The position numbers and the translations under genes were made by a program. From Macrostomum lignano (lineage: Eukaryota): 64,000 nt of DNA. The stretch is taken from positions 496,001-560,000 of the forward strand of contig NIVC01000422.1 in the NCBI GenBank assembly GCA_002269645.1. Reading direction: 5' to 3'. Position 1 is the stretch's first letter. Each line of letters opens with the position of its first letter. A model generated the notes under the pieces. That model was given only the letters and a program-made list of their open reading frames with translations. It made no database searches and had not been told where the DNA came from. Of the stretch, positions 38,201-50,013 are shown one piece after another.

Positions 38201-40218
38201 ATGGAAGTCATGACGCGCTGTAGGATTTTTGATGCTGAAGTAAATCCCATGCAAAGACGCTTGAGGCGAAGCAGGCCCAGAGGTGTTGAGAAGGTGAGGA
38301 GGTGACGTGACTTCTCGCTGACCTCGATCTGGTGGAAGGCCTTGGCAACGTCCTGTTCGGAAAAGTAGGTGGAGCCGGCCATCTCATCTGTGACTTCCTC
38401 GAATGTCGGTATTGGCTGCTTTTCTGGAACGACGTGCTTATTGACGTCCCTCAGGTCCTGCGTGATGCGGATCTCACCTGGCGAGGCCTTCGGACCGATC
38501 ACCATACGCGAACTCCAGGCACTGGGCCCCGTCACTCGCTCCAGGATGCTGGCTGCTAGCTGGTCTTTCAGCTTGTTTCCACTGCGGTTCGAAGATGCAC
38601 CGGGACTCGGGACGGAGGGTGGCAGACTGGCACCGCTTCTTCCTTCAGCTGGATGCTGACTGAGACGCCCTTAATGCAGCCAATTCCTTGAAACCTGTCG
38701 CTGAACTCCTTCATGATCGATGACAGTCGCAAATCTTGCGGAAGGTGCAGGTCGTTGACTGTTGGTGTTAGTCTGGCGGTGAGAGCTGTCTCAGCCTGCG
38801 GTCCGACCCTCAGCATCCCCATCTGCGCGCTTGTCTCGCGGCCCAGGATGGTGATGCAGTCCTCTCTGATGACGATGAAGCGCACTCACTCCGAGTTGCC
38901 GTTGATCTTTGTGTGCAGAGTGATCTGGCCAGCGGGTGTCAGGGGTCTCGCTGCTCGAGAGGATAGACCTTTGTGTGTGTGGGCTGTAGCGCCAGCTCGG
39001 GTGCTCCCGTTAGACGAAGTGTCCCCTGGCTGAGCACGTTGCAGCTCGCGCCGCTGTCGATCAGGACGGGTACGTTCGAGCCGTTGATGATCGCTTTGAA
39101 GGTGGCGCTTCTGCGGCTAGGGTCGAGGCTGGAGAATGCCGCCTCCGCCAGGTGCGCCACTGCCGGTTCCTCTGGTTTAGGCTCTGTCATGTTGATGCGT
39201 GCGCGGCCGCTTAGGCAGGCTTTCGCCAGGTGGTGCAGCTTGCCGCAGTTGCTGCAGCGCTTGCCTTGGGCCCGGTTGCAAGTGCGGTAGCCGGGCTCTC
39301 CGCACCTCAGGCATTTGTCGGCCGGGCTTGCTGGCGGGCGCCTTGCGGGGCGCTTGTCGCGAGCCGCATGCACTTCTTCACCTGGTCCGGCTGCTGGGCG
39401 CTCCATAGCCGCCTGCTGGCTGGCTGCTTCGTTTGTTCTCGCCAGCTGGGGGCCTCCGGGAGGCAGATGTTGGGCACGTTCATGAGAAGCCGCTTTCGGA
39501 GGGAGTCGCTGCGGCAGCAGCCGACGATCTGGTCGCGGATGAGAGACAGCTGGCGCAGCTCTCCGAACTGGCAGGCCCCAGCCGAGTTGCACAGTCGGAT
39601 GTACCAGCTGTTGATGGCTTCCCCGTCCACTGAGCTGCGTGCACTGGCGGAATTGGTACCGGGTGAACACGACCTTGCGTCCTTGAAAGTGCTGAGTTAG
39701 CGTCGCTATGAGTGAGTCGAGCGTTTGCTGCTCCGGCCTGTTAGTTGCTGGCCGTGTCGCTGAGATCTCTTTAAAATGTCCGAGACCTCTTTTCCCGCAA
39801 TGTACAGGAGAATTTCCTGCTTCTGGGCGTCGTCAGACACTCCTGATGCTGCAGGAATCGCTTTATAGTGTGGTCGCCCACTCTTTCCAGCGCTTGCTGA
39901 CGGTGTGAGAGTCCGCGCTGACGCTGAATGCGGATTGCGGCTGTAGCTGTAGTAGCGCCATTTGGTTCTGGTTTGCGACGCCAATGTACATGTAGCGAGA
40001 AACTTCGGCTAGTGTTTGCAAGTGTTGGTTAGCCACTCAAAAGGGTGAAGTAGAAGGTGGCTTTGCCTGTGTATTTATTGTCTGACTGAACAGATTTACG
40101 GTTCATTGAGTGCGCGTGGAAATGTGCTCTAGTAAGGGAGTAGATAGGCTGAGGCTGGGTCACAGAGTGCGAACTGGCTGTCTCTGAACTGCATGCCTCA
40201 CTGCGTGCGCATGCTACA
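35239..40218 (-). mobile_element. Ty3/Gypsy LTR retrotransposon, full length but decayed
   Basis: LTRs 35239-35468 and 39991-40218 (TGT...ACA, visibly diverged); 5-bp TSD ATTAC; PBS-like TGGCGTCGC. Order gag (ATG 39961; Zn knuckles CLRC/CSNC), protease LIDSGAS, RT (QDLRDVNK, VHDDIII), RNase H (YSQTEREALA, TDHKPL), integrase (KVWWPSM, ER.N, YRRTPHATTG). Many frameshifts and stops. Confidence 0.93.
37781..38152 (-). mobile_element. Solo LTR (372 bp) inserted in the Gypsy RT active-site region
   Basis: Termini TGACGTGATG...CATCACTTCA; 5-bp TSD ATGAT (37776-80 and 38153-57); splits VHDDII|IFAS. Strand is taken from an ATTAAA on the minus strand and is tentative. Confidence 0.85.
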
Positions 40219-40336
40219 ATTACCACGAAGTGCATGCACATACATGTACTCTACAAAATATAAAAGTGCTCCGTTGATCCCTTCCATGGAAATATACATG
40301 TATATGATATTCAATTTTAACGATACAAACCAAAAT

Positions 40337-43300
40337 GAGGATGTGAACTTAAGCGCGATTTGGAAGCCGTGAGTCCAGCAACCAAACCGCTGCGAAATTC
40401 TCACTATTCAGACCCAAAATAGACAAGAAAAGCGTAATTGATCTTTCTTCCACCCCGGCCGCTTCCGCATGGGATAAATGGGGAAAAATGGGAATTTCAT
40501 GTGAACTTAAGGCTCTGAAATGGAAGCGGTGGCCGATTGAGCCGGTTTCTCTATCGGATCTCTCTACTGGACCGACAATGAGAAAAGAATCGTCGAAAAC
40601 CGCATCTCTCTATCATTTGGTCTCCCTGAATGGGATAAATGGGGAAAATGGGGATTTCATGTGAACTTAAGGCTCTGAAATAGAAGCGGTGGCCGATTGA
40701 GCCGGTTTCTCTATCGGATCTCTCTACTGGACCGACAATGTGAATCTGACCGATGAAGCAGGCCGGTAAAGCTACCTTGAGTCTTTCTGTTGAAGAATGT
40801 TTTAATAATTTCTGTAATTGTTTTTAACGGTAAAATATATTTTTAAGTATCTGTATTAGACTTTTCTGGACAGGTTTAATGAAATATTAAAATGCACGAT
40901 TTTAGTACTGTATGACACAGTGCATTTGCAAATAAGGGGAACCAAAAGTGCATGAGCAAATATTATTAAGCAGAAATACAAGAGCAAATATTAACAAGCA
41001 AAAGTACATGTAACAGAGCAAGTAGTGGCAAGCAAAAGTTCATAGGTACATGTAGGTATAAGTCTTTCGAATGTTGGAGTGCATCGCAAGGAAAAACTAA
41101 AACTTTTCTAGCTCGGGTCTACGATCTGGTGAAAGCACGATCAGTCTTTCTTTTGCACAACTACAGCAACGATATTTTGTGCATCCCGGAGAAACGGATT
41201 GCAGTTGGGCACAATTCTGGAATCGTCAATCAATCACCATACATTGTCATGCCAAACACTGGTAGTGGCATATCACTATCAAAGGACTGCAGAAGTCGGA
41301 ATTACTCTCAGATCTTGGTGAGTACCGTATTTGGGTGTTGATTTTTTCGGCGTTATAGTTTTCTGGAGTCCTGCTGAAGTAAATAATTGCAAACTTGGCC
41401 GCTGATAGAATAATCTGCTCTTCAATCAAGCCTTCGCATCCTAATTGGCCGCACTGCGAAATGCGTGGTCGCAGTCGCTCTTCCAAAAGATCGTAAAGGC
41501 TAATCGGAGCCCTGCTGCACTCTGAGAGAGGAACGCAAAGAATTTGTTCACTGATTGTTCCTGTTGGAATTGAGGCTGCGCTGTAGGCACAACGTCGACA
41601 ATTACGGAGCGCAGTAACATCTGCAAGGGCGCCATTAGCGACCGAGAGAGTCGAAAGCAGGGCTTCCAAGAACTCCAGAAAGCAGTGCTGCTCACCAGCA
41701 GCAAATCTGCCGGGCAAGATGCGCCTGATAATTCCTTGTACTTCTGCGGCAGAAGCATTTTTAGAGCTAGCATTTGATGAAAAAGTAGCTGTAGAGATCT
41801 TTGCAAGGCACTAGCTATCTCCCGTCTCACTAATGGACCCTTCTGGTCCATCCAGTAAAGAAGCTGAATGGCAGAATTGGCATAGCAGTCTGCTCCGCTA
41901 TTTCTTAGTCCACAGAGAGGCTGCGGCTCTGAACTTCTTGATGATGTTTGTTTGGCAGCCTTTGCCCCTAAACGATGCTCTTGACGAGGCTCTGTTCTAA
42001 CATTTTCCTCAGCAGGTAGAGAGGTGTAAAGATTAGCGTTGAGGCTTTTAGGAAGCTGTGTATCAACGAAGCGGCGCTCAGGATATCGTTGGCGAAAGCA
42101 ATCTGGGTCGTAGGCATAATGACCTAGGACCAAAAGAACTGTCATTACATGGCAGTCACAGCCAGCTGTTCGGCTACCCACTTTGGACGAGGAGTAGTAG
42201 GCATGTAGCCTCCTTAGACCGGCATCGTGGAATCCAAAAGGGTTTCCATTCGGTAAATCGCTGAGGCGAAGAAGGACTCGATATGTTTGAGATGTGTGCC
42301 TCGAAAACACAACGGACATAAATATCCACGACGGTTGCCAGTTGCCGAATTTCTTTTGCCAGTTCCTTGGCTGCTGTTATTGCCGGAATTTCCAGCAGCG
42401 CATCGATTGAGGCAGCTGCGATGCAAGGTCTTCAAGCTCTAACCACGTATCACCGTCAAAATTCTCAAGAAGCGTGTGTTGCACCTGGATGTTTTGGATA
42501 TAGCTTTCAGACTGCTGTACATGAAATGGTTCCACACTTACTTCCTGAAGGTTGTCTATCTCAATTCGAGGAAAGCCTGTGGACTCTGGATCTAGCACAT
42601 CGACTGGTGACCAGCGCCTCGACCCTTCGATAGGAGTTCGGGTCACGTCACACAGGTAGTTCACACCTTCAATCGGATCGAATTCGTTGCTAAGAAACAT
42701 GCGCCTAGTAAAATTCTGACCAAACTCAAAAAGTGAGCTGTCATTCCATGACTTTGGCAGCGTTTTATTCAGTGGGAATCCAATGTGCGAGCGGTCGTAT
42801 TTGGCAATGCAGTTGTCGATAATGACATCTAGCCGACTAGATGTACTGAATTGAGCTGGCTGCTGCCACTGGTATGGCTCATGCCGCTCATTAATACATC
42901 TGTTCTGCTTGATTGCAGCGAACGCGCACTCAACAAAAAAGCGGAAAAGCGTAGCCAGCCTTCTGGTATTTGACTCAATAGAAGTCAGTTTTCCGTGAAC
43001 GGGGCGATCCTCAGCCGATACTAGATTCTTTACGTAGCAAAATCGATCATTAAGTATTGGATCGCCGGATCCGAGAGGAAACAATAGGAGCGTGTTTCCT
43101 CGACTATTTGATTCAATCAGATCGCGGAAATACTTGCCCGATGAATCAGTGCAGCGTGGTGAACTGTAACCGCGGTCAAATATCGCCACGACTCGATACC
43201 CTGGCACATTGGCACAGAGTAGTTTTGTTAGTGCAGCTGGAATGAGATGCTCTCGCTCCATCTCTATCTGGTAGGCCGTCAGATTTCCATCACTGAGGGC

Positions 43301-45137
43301 AGGAGATATGGATCCGCTGAGCGGTGCTGCGTAAACTACCTTGCCAGTCGCATTCACCACGACCAGTTTCTTTAAAACGTTGCTACTCTTCGGAGCATAG
43401 TATGTGCGTTTCTGCAGATGGTGCTGGCCGCCTTTACCGATGAAAAAGTACGTATGGTCACCGATAAACAAAACAAGCTGCTTATCCCGAACGTATCGTT
43501 CAAAAACACCTGCAAAAAATTCGTCCGTAACAACGTTCGTCTCCAGGATCGTCTCAATCGGAGCACATGACAGTAGCCTTGGTTGAAAAGGGTCGTTGAT
43601 GTAGTGATCCTTGGCCACCTCCCAAAAGACTTCACAAGCGCGGCGCGCAGAAATGTTGAAATCGTTTCCTATGGCTTGAAAGCTGACGCCATGGCGGAGT
43701 TTTTTCAGGTAAAGAAATACTCTGTTCTCTTGACTTAGAAATCTAGTGCGTACTGAGCCAGAGATGAGGCTTTTGAAGCTGTCAAAGTTCTCTCGAGACA
43801 TTACAACGACTTTCTCAAAGCGCTTGTCAGCCAAAAGTTCCAGCGCATCTCTCACATCTGCGAATGACTTGCAGGAGCCAAAGGAAGTCGCTTCCTTTAA
43901 AACCGAACACCTGGTTGTCTGCTGATGTTTCTTGAGGCTGAATTCAGTGCTGAACTGTTTACCACATCGATGGCATGCCCAGTCCATGACAAAGCTAAGT
44001 TACATAGATTGAAAAGTGAAGGAAACAATGAGCCGCAAGAGTCGATCAGAAAATGTGCATCACCAAATTATTGCACGTATAGATTTCGAAATATAAATGG
44101 CTAATGGTCACGCACTTTAGAGTCCAGCATGCCGTCTTGAAGGCTACTGACAAGCGTTTTTGACATAAAATACCTTTCTGCCCAAATACTTTAACACTTT
44201 TATAATGATAATAGCAGTATTATTAACACACTCAGCGTCGGCCATACAAATGTACATGGAGTGCACATATGGGTTGCGGGATTCAGATTGCGTAATCGAT
44301 ACTTATGCTCGTTGCCCAGCAAAAAAAAGTTCAAGGTGTCAGGGCAATAAAAAGTGAAGAACACTCATTATAAAATGATATTGGCTAGCCAAAGAATTAC
44401 GTCGGCCCTCGATATAATGAGGATTTCAACATTAGGTCCATAAGATTTAGGCATATTGTAGCAGTCCTAAGCCTGCCGAAACGAGGGTGAAAGCAACGAT
44501 GTCTGCCCGCCAGCAAAAGTTGTCTATGGCCCCAAGTGGGCACAAAGAAACTATGTGTATATTTTCAGCTAATACTAGCATTAACATGAGATATTAACAT
44601 TAACATGAGATAAACATTAGATATATAGTCCATTGACAGTCTTTAGATTTCTCACGCGGTATACCTCCTGACCTTTATAGTTTGATTGATTAAAGTTAAA
44701 CGTACAATTTTCAAACTTGCAATTTTCAAACAGTGAGCTTGCACTCTGGGAACTGCCGACTGCAATAGAGTAGTTGGTAGCAGATCTCGTGAATGAGTTC
44801 GCATTAAGTTCACATGAAATCCCCATTTTCCCCATTTATCCCATTCAGGGAGACCAAATGATAGAGAGATGCGGTTTTCGACGATTCTTTTCTCATTGTC
44901 GGTCCAGTAGAGAGATCCGATAGAGAAACCGGCTCAATCGGCCACCGCTTCCATTTCAGAGCCTTAAGTTCACATGAAATTCCCATTTTTCCCCATTTAC
45001 CCCATGCGGAAGCGGCCGGGGTGGAAGAAAGATCAATTACGCTTTTCTTGTCTATTTTGGGTCTGAATAGTGAGAATTTCGCAGCGGTTTGGTTGCTGGA
45101 CTCACGGCTTCCAAATCGCGTTTAAGTTTACATCCTC
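40337..45137 (-). mobile_element. Long-TIR DNA transposon, PIF/Harbinger-ISL2EU-like, carrying a USP domain
   Basis: ~335-bp TIRs (40337-~40670 and 44805-45137, GAGGATGT...) with an internal ~160-bp repeat. The flanks read AAAAT| and |TTTCC, so there is no clean TSD. Internal transposase plus USP-like frame. Confidence 0.82.
41130..43987 (-). pseudogene. Transposase (C2H2 finger, HTH, DDE_Tnp_4-like, SWIM-like) fused to a ubiquitin-specific protease (C19-like) domain
   Basis: CHRCGKQF...H; LYLKKLRHGVSFQAIGNDFNIS (HTH); FIGDHTYF, SDG, IFDRGY, RFFVECAF (DDE). A single in-frame TAA at 42377-79 is followed in the same frame by SRH..TY and VGSRTAGCDCHV...VLG, then USP Cys box GLRNSGADCYANSAIQ. 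After a frameshift at ~41760 come GEQH..EFL..LL, CxxC pairs and CHY...W.LIDD. Confidence 0.75.
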
Positions 45138-47135
45138 TTTCCGGCAGCATAAATGTATATAAAAATCAGTTCAAGTTTTACACTGCCTTCCCGATGTGGG
45201 AACACAATCGACACACGTCGATCATCAACGATAATTCTATTCCTGTTATGTACATGTAGGAATGCAAATCAAGGACCATATAGCTATGGCTAAATTTGTA
45301 AATATAGTTGGGGCGTTACTGTCTAAGGGAAGCTTAGCTCTTCAGGAAAAAAACGATTTGTTGAACGGAAAACTCGCTGCAGGAATATAATGTAGGCCGC
45401 GCTAGCTTAACAATGCTGTTTACTCAGTCTTGTAGTAGCGGTGTACGGTTATTAGTTTTCAGTTAAACTTTCTTTGCCCTTTTCTCCACTGAATAGCACT
45501 GAAAAAACAGCTGGTCCTTTAATTGGTTGATCCTACCATCCGAGTTGAAGTTCTTTTACGTACTAAAACAATGTAACACATAAAGCTACTTAAATGGTGT
45601 CTTTCTGTGTATTATTAGTGGTGTATATTATAGAAAAAGCAGTTGCTAAATTCAGTAATTAATATTTTACTCTAAAATATTATAAAAAGTTTGAACGCGT
45701 ACATCTTTACGACGTGTTTTAATTCCAGTTTAATTTAGTGTGCTATAAAATAATCAAAATGGACCACTGGAACTGGACCTGCTGGTTATCACAAACCTTC
45801 GTGATAGTCATTTTAACTTTTCACAGAGCTAATTTCTTTTCAAAGTAGTGTCATCGCATTGTCTCAAAAGTTTTAGATAGCTATATATAGCTATGCAAGC
45901 ATTCAGCCAGTTAGACTTTGTGATTGCAATTGGCAGTAGGTCTCCAGACTCCAGTATTCCAGTAAGTAAAGGGCGCACCAAGTAAAGTAGCCTAGCCAAT
46001 ATCAAAAGATTGCGTGACTAAGCCTACATTGATACATTTGTGTTCGAAAATTTGTTCCAATAAGGAAGTCAAGCCTAAATAAATGCATGTGATGTAAGAG
46101 GATTGCAATCAATAATTTTTCACTATATTTGCAATTTTGCTATTGTGGGGCCTAATACTATAGAGTGTAGGACCAAGACCGCCACACTTGAGGAGCTGGG
46201 GAGGAATTTGGCTCAATGTGTTATTGGATGGTGCTAAATAAGAGATGAGTGGGTAGGAGAGCTAGTAGGACAAGGCTACGAGAGGAACCCATGAGAGGAA
46301 TAAATGCTAGAAGATTGGTAGGCCTAGCTCCACCTCAATAGTCAATACCAGTAGCCAGTAATAGCTGATTAGCTGTGGCGGTCTTGATGTGTGGTGGTCT
46401 TAGTCATGCGCCAAGGAATTATCCAAATTATACACTATTTTTTCCCTTTATTAATTGTTGCTGAATTTGCCTAGATTTTTGCCAAATTTGTTTTTGCCAA
46501 ATTGGTTCATTGTGAATCTCAATTGCCAAATTTGTTTGTCTCCAAATTGGTTAGCACTCATTAAATGTAATAAATAGATATTGAATACAAAAGACAATAA
46601 GAATATATTGAAATAGGGACATTGCAATTTAAAGTAGAGAATTTAGTGAATATAAATGGCAAAAGTAACTAGGGCCTATGTCTTTTATAGTTAAATGCAT
46701 TAATATAATCTAATTAGTGCTATATTTATATTTTTTGATAGGTATTTTTTACAACTTGCCTTGACTAGGCCAAGTTAGCCAAGTAGGCCTACTAGGGGCC
46801 TAAATGTATATAATTTTATTATAGGACCCATAGGCATAAGTATCAGAATAGGGGAAGGGGCTAGGGTCTTTTTGTCTACCTTTGCAATTGCATTCTCCTA
46901 ATAAGTTTTGTCAATAGTATTAATAATGTACTTATAATATATTTGATTATACACTTACTTGGTGCTTGGTCACCTGTATCTCTAATTATATAGGCCTACA
47001 TGACCTTATTGATTGTTATACACTTTTTGGTTGATTAAAACTTAATACTAGACTCTAAAAAGTTATATATGTACATGGGCAGCGAGAGCTTGCAGCACCA
47101 AAAACATGCGCCCCCCCAGAAAATGAGTCCACCCA

Positions 47136-47435
47136 GCATACATGCGCAACAGTCGGCCGAGTCGGCTGATCCGGCCGACTGATTTGGCAGCCAACCAAGG
47201 AAGTCGCAAAAAATGCCCACCCAAAAAATACCCACGCAGTAGTACTAAGTAGCTGACGAGGCATTTTTGCCTAATAAGACAGTCATAGTTACTCCCGCCG
47301 TTTACCCAAAGTTGCGTTAATTTTGCTTTAGGGTTTTTTTACATGTAAGTCGCATTTTTGGCCAAAAACTACGTCGCATTTTTGTTAAAACTAAGTCGCA
47401 CGGCCGACCGAATTTTGGACGTTGCGCATGTATGC
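47136..47435. mobile_element. Putative MITE-like element with 15-bp inverted repeats enclosing the 28S fragment
   Basis: GCATACATGCGCAAC (47136-50) / GTTGCGCATGTATGC (47421-35); internal GTCGGCCG hairpin and GTCGCA repeats; no TSD found. Confidence 0.45.
47244..47307 (-). rRNA. 64-bp 28S rRNA-derived fragment (helix 69-71 / R2 target region), not a functional gene
   Basis: Minus strand GGGTAAACGGCGGGAGTAACTATGACT matches the conserved eukaryotic LSU sequence for 27 nt and stays colinear to ...AAATGCCTCGTCA.CTA.TTAGT. Comparison is from memory of the consensus. Confidence 0.8.
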
Positions 47436-48960
47436 CACCCAGTAATTTTTAGTGCTCTTTTTTATTTTAGGCCCTAATTAGCAGTTACAAAAGTACCTGT
47501 GCCCCCCTTGCCCTGTGCCTGGTGCCCCCTTAAAATATTAGGCTCCGCCGCCCCTATATATATATGCCAGAAAATTCCAGCATACAAATGACCACCTTCA
47601 AAGTTGGCATACAAATTATTGCATTTTTTGCATATTCATGCATGAACATTATAATGTAAATTAACATTTTTACATAAAATGAATTAAAATTTGTAAAGTC
47701 TAAAAAGTCAATGATAAACTTTTTGCTTCTTTAAATGAACAATAATTAAAGTTAGTATAAATTATTGCTAAGAACATAAATTTTGCTTACTTCTTTCTAT
47801 CGGTATAATTTAAGTTTGTTTAAAATGAAAATATATTTAATTTTTTACAAAGACTCTTTATATAAAAGCTTTTTTAGAAAACTCTACTCATGAATACCAA
47901 ATGACATTTTAAATACTATATCTATACTAGATCTAATAAATACTATATCTGTATTTTTTGGGTGGGCATTTTTACAAGTTACCTTAGTTGAGACCTTTAC
48001 AAGCTGGCTAGGTTAGCCAAGTGCTGCATATGCATAATTATATCATAAGCCCATAAGTATCAAAATGGGAGGGCTAGAAAGCCATTGTCTTATTTTTTTA
48101 AATAGATAGAGTTTTCAATGGTACCTAGCCTATCCACTTTAAAAAAATATTCTTATGCCTATGCTAATAGGCTATATTTCAATGGTCTATAAAACATTAG
48201 ATATAATCATGCAATCCTTATCTTTATAAGTGATATAGACTGGGTATGGTATTGTTTCTTTTTGCATTTCTACAATTGTAAAAACTTTTATAATTCTGTC
48301 TATGTGCTAAAGTATTGCAGTAATTAAAAATATTCAAGTTACTAAAAAGTAGTATGACAGTGTTTTTTGCTATATAGAAATATATCAGAATTTTTACTAG
48401 ATATCATTGACATTAGAGATTTTTATATTTTGTATTTTTTTATTTAATGTATTTAATTATTTTATATTACAAAATAAATTATTTAATATAAATTTGATAG
48501 TAAATATTTAACTATATTAATAATCTTTAAAAAATGACTAAAATCAATCTATGTCTATATTCTAGCTTTTTATTAATTAATCTATCAATCATAGTATTAT
48601 ATGAAATATTAAGTGAGGTAACTATATTATATTTTAAGTTTTGTTTTACATCTATATATGCTTTGAAGATAACATGAAAAAATCTAAGTAATTATTATAG
48701 CTAATTAGTTTGAGCGCCCAAATTTTATTTAACTTTTCAAGAAAAAAATATTTTTTATTTTATTTAAGTAGTAAAATAAATGTGAAAATCTATATAGATT
48801 AAGTTGGATTAAATTTTTCCAATTTGTTTTGGTCCAACAAGGGCTATCTTTAGGGTTTAAAATATTTTCACTAATGCAACAACTTTTATAAGAGATAAAT
48901 AGAGAAGAAAAGTTTATTATATAGTCCAGGGGCATACATATCAGGGGCAGATATGCTTGG

Positions 48961-49115
48961 GTGCAACCTTGGGATTCACTCGGCCATTTCTATTGGCAAC
49001 ACACACACATAAGTTGCTATTAGATAGAATAGTAGTCACATGACTACTCTCAGCCAATAGCAACTTACATGTGCGTGTTGCCAATAGAAATAGCCAAGTA
49101 AATCCAAGGTTGCAC
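48961..49115. repeat. 155-bp imperfect palindrome (foldback)
   Basis: Arms GTGCAACCTTGG...TATTGGCAACAC...AAGTTGCTATT with their reverse complements; centre AGTAGTCA-CA-TGACTACT. Confidence 0.88.
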
Positions 49116-50013
49116 ATGTATGGGGGCAGAATGTTCAAAGTAAGTGAGCAGAGATTGTAAGTACAATGATTAGGTTTGTGCCTTCACTTAGAATACCTTG
49201 AGTAAATGGGCCATACCACTGTGAGAAAGTTAAATATTTAGATTTAGTTTCTGGTTTTTGATTTACATGGATTCAAGTATATTGAGCCTAAAGTCAGTCC
49301 TACAATAATCAATAATTTTAAACTGCTGAGTTTGCTTAATATTGCAACAACTATTGCAACAGAGCAGGTGGTCTTAGATAGCCAACCTTTTCAACCAATG
49401 CTCTCTAACTCTGGTGTATAGGTGTCAATAGAATAAGAGAACTTGTACACAACACCCACAGCCAGAGCAAGGGGAAAATGGGATTTAAGTCTACCAACAT
49501 ATTGCGCATTTTTAGTTCAAGGCAAAATTGTATATTTTGTATATTTTTAAAGGTTTTTTAAGCATTAAAATTGCAATACTATTTGCGATTATTGGCCTAA
49601 TTCTAAATGCCAAATTGAAAACCAATATTCTGGCTAGTGTCAGGCAGTTAAAAAGTTCAAAATCAAATATAAATACATCCCTACCCAATTTTTAATATTG
49701 TCTCTTAACCCAATGAAGTTGCAAAAGTCTACTGATTCCATGTTTAAAGATTAGCCAAATTGACAATTCATAGAGTTCTTTAAATCCTGCATATTCCTAC
49801 ATAAATTTTTATTGAACTTAAATGTTTGCAATACCTATTTTTCAATTTGGCATCCTGTTTGCATAGCTGCCTGTCTGTTAAACATCTGCCATTGCAAATA
49901 ACAACAACTTGCCTTCATGCTGTAAATTGACTCTACTTTGAAAATTAAACAATCTTAGCTGATTTTCTATCTATTGGAAACTGACAAAGGACAAATAAGG
50001 GTCCAGGCAAAAA

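Noticed and set aside
46176-46387. 13-bp inverted repeat (CAAGACCGCCACA) as a MITE
   Set aside because: Short, no TSD, single copy in the window; insufficient support.
48200-48900. Extremely AT-rich segment as a regulatory or organellar insert
   Set aside because: No gene or motif; resembles degenerate, possibly low-quality copies of nearby sequence.
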